A stretch of 64,000 bases of DNA. Origin: Thermoplasmata archaeon (GTDB taxonomy: Archaea; Thermoplasmatota; SW-10-69-26; JACQPN01; JAJPHT01). Location: assembly GCA_034667685.1 (NCBI GenBank), contig JAXDQU010000054.1:1-64000 (forward strand). Reading direction: 5' to 3'. The translations under genes and the position numbers were made by a program. Positions 63,860 through 64,000 of the stretch are shown piece by piece (position 1 is the stretch's first letter; every line of letters begins with the position of its first letter). Under the pieces are notes generated by a model. It made no database searches, was not told the origin of the DNA, and was given only the letters and a program-made list of their open reading frames with translations.

Positions 63860-64000
63860 ATGCGCGTCCTCGTCCCCGTCCTCCTCGCGCTGGCGACGCT
63901 CGCCGGCTGCCTCGAGACCCCCGCGCCGCCCGCGGACAACGCCACGGCCCCCGGCACGGGGCTCGGCGACCTCGCGCGCCACCCGGACCTTCCGGTGGGC
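63860..64000 (+). CDS. Partial lipoprotein (runs off the window)
   Basis: MRVLVPVLLALATLAGCLETP. Confidence 0.65.
   Translation, partial: MRVLVPVLLALATLAGCLETPAPPADNATAPGTGLGDLARHPDLPVG

Noticed and set aside
1-64000. tRNA, rRNA, integrase or transposase genes
   Set aside because: None recognised by eye; tRNAscan-SE and Infernal would be needed to exclude them

Overview
High-GC archaeal chromosomal segment. Evidence for Archaea: the uL1-P0-P1 ribosomal stalk operon, TrmB, geranylgeranyl reductase, and TATA/BRE-like boxes about 20-35 nt before start codons. The gene inventory suggests Thermoplasmatota, which is inference. The centrepiece is a co-oriented minus-strand cluster at 19.5-32.1 kb: acyl-CoA carboxyltransferase, FabI enoyl reductase, a 3072-aa type I PKS/PUFA-synthase-like megasynthase and a CBS protein. 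The megasynthase order is degenerate FMN-ER-like stub, ACP, KS, AT, KS, ACP, ACP, KR, DH, Sfp-type PPTase. All three ACPs have Thr in place of the canonical phosphopantetheine Ser (GIDT), both KS domains keep Cys-His-His, and there is no thioesterase. It is a candidate ACP-dependent fatty-acid/polyketide system in an archaeon. Also present: a membrane Ser/Thr kinase coupled to an ArsR-FHA regulator; membrane-tethered wHTH and TPR proteins; a MurL-like/DUF1611/PLP-enzyme trio split by a lower-GC NACHT-pentapeptide gene; a MITE whose ends carry the stop codons of two genes; an att-like duplicated gene 5' end; many intergenic hairpins; a recurrent GCTATC/GATATC motif written with rare codons; and several unannotated small ORFs. 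No tRNA, rRNA or CRISPR array was recognised. All calls come from reading motifs by eye; no database searches were run.
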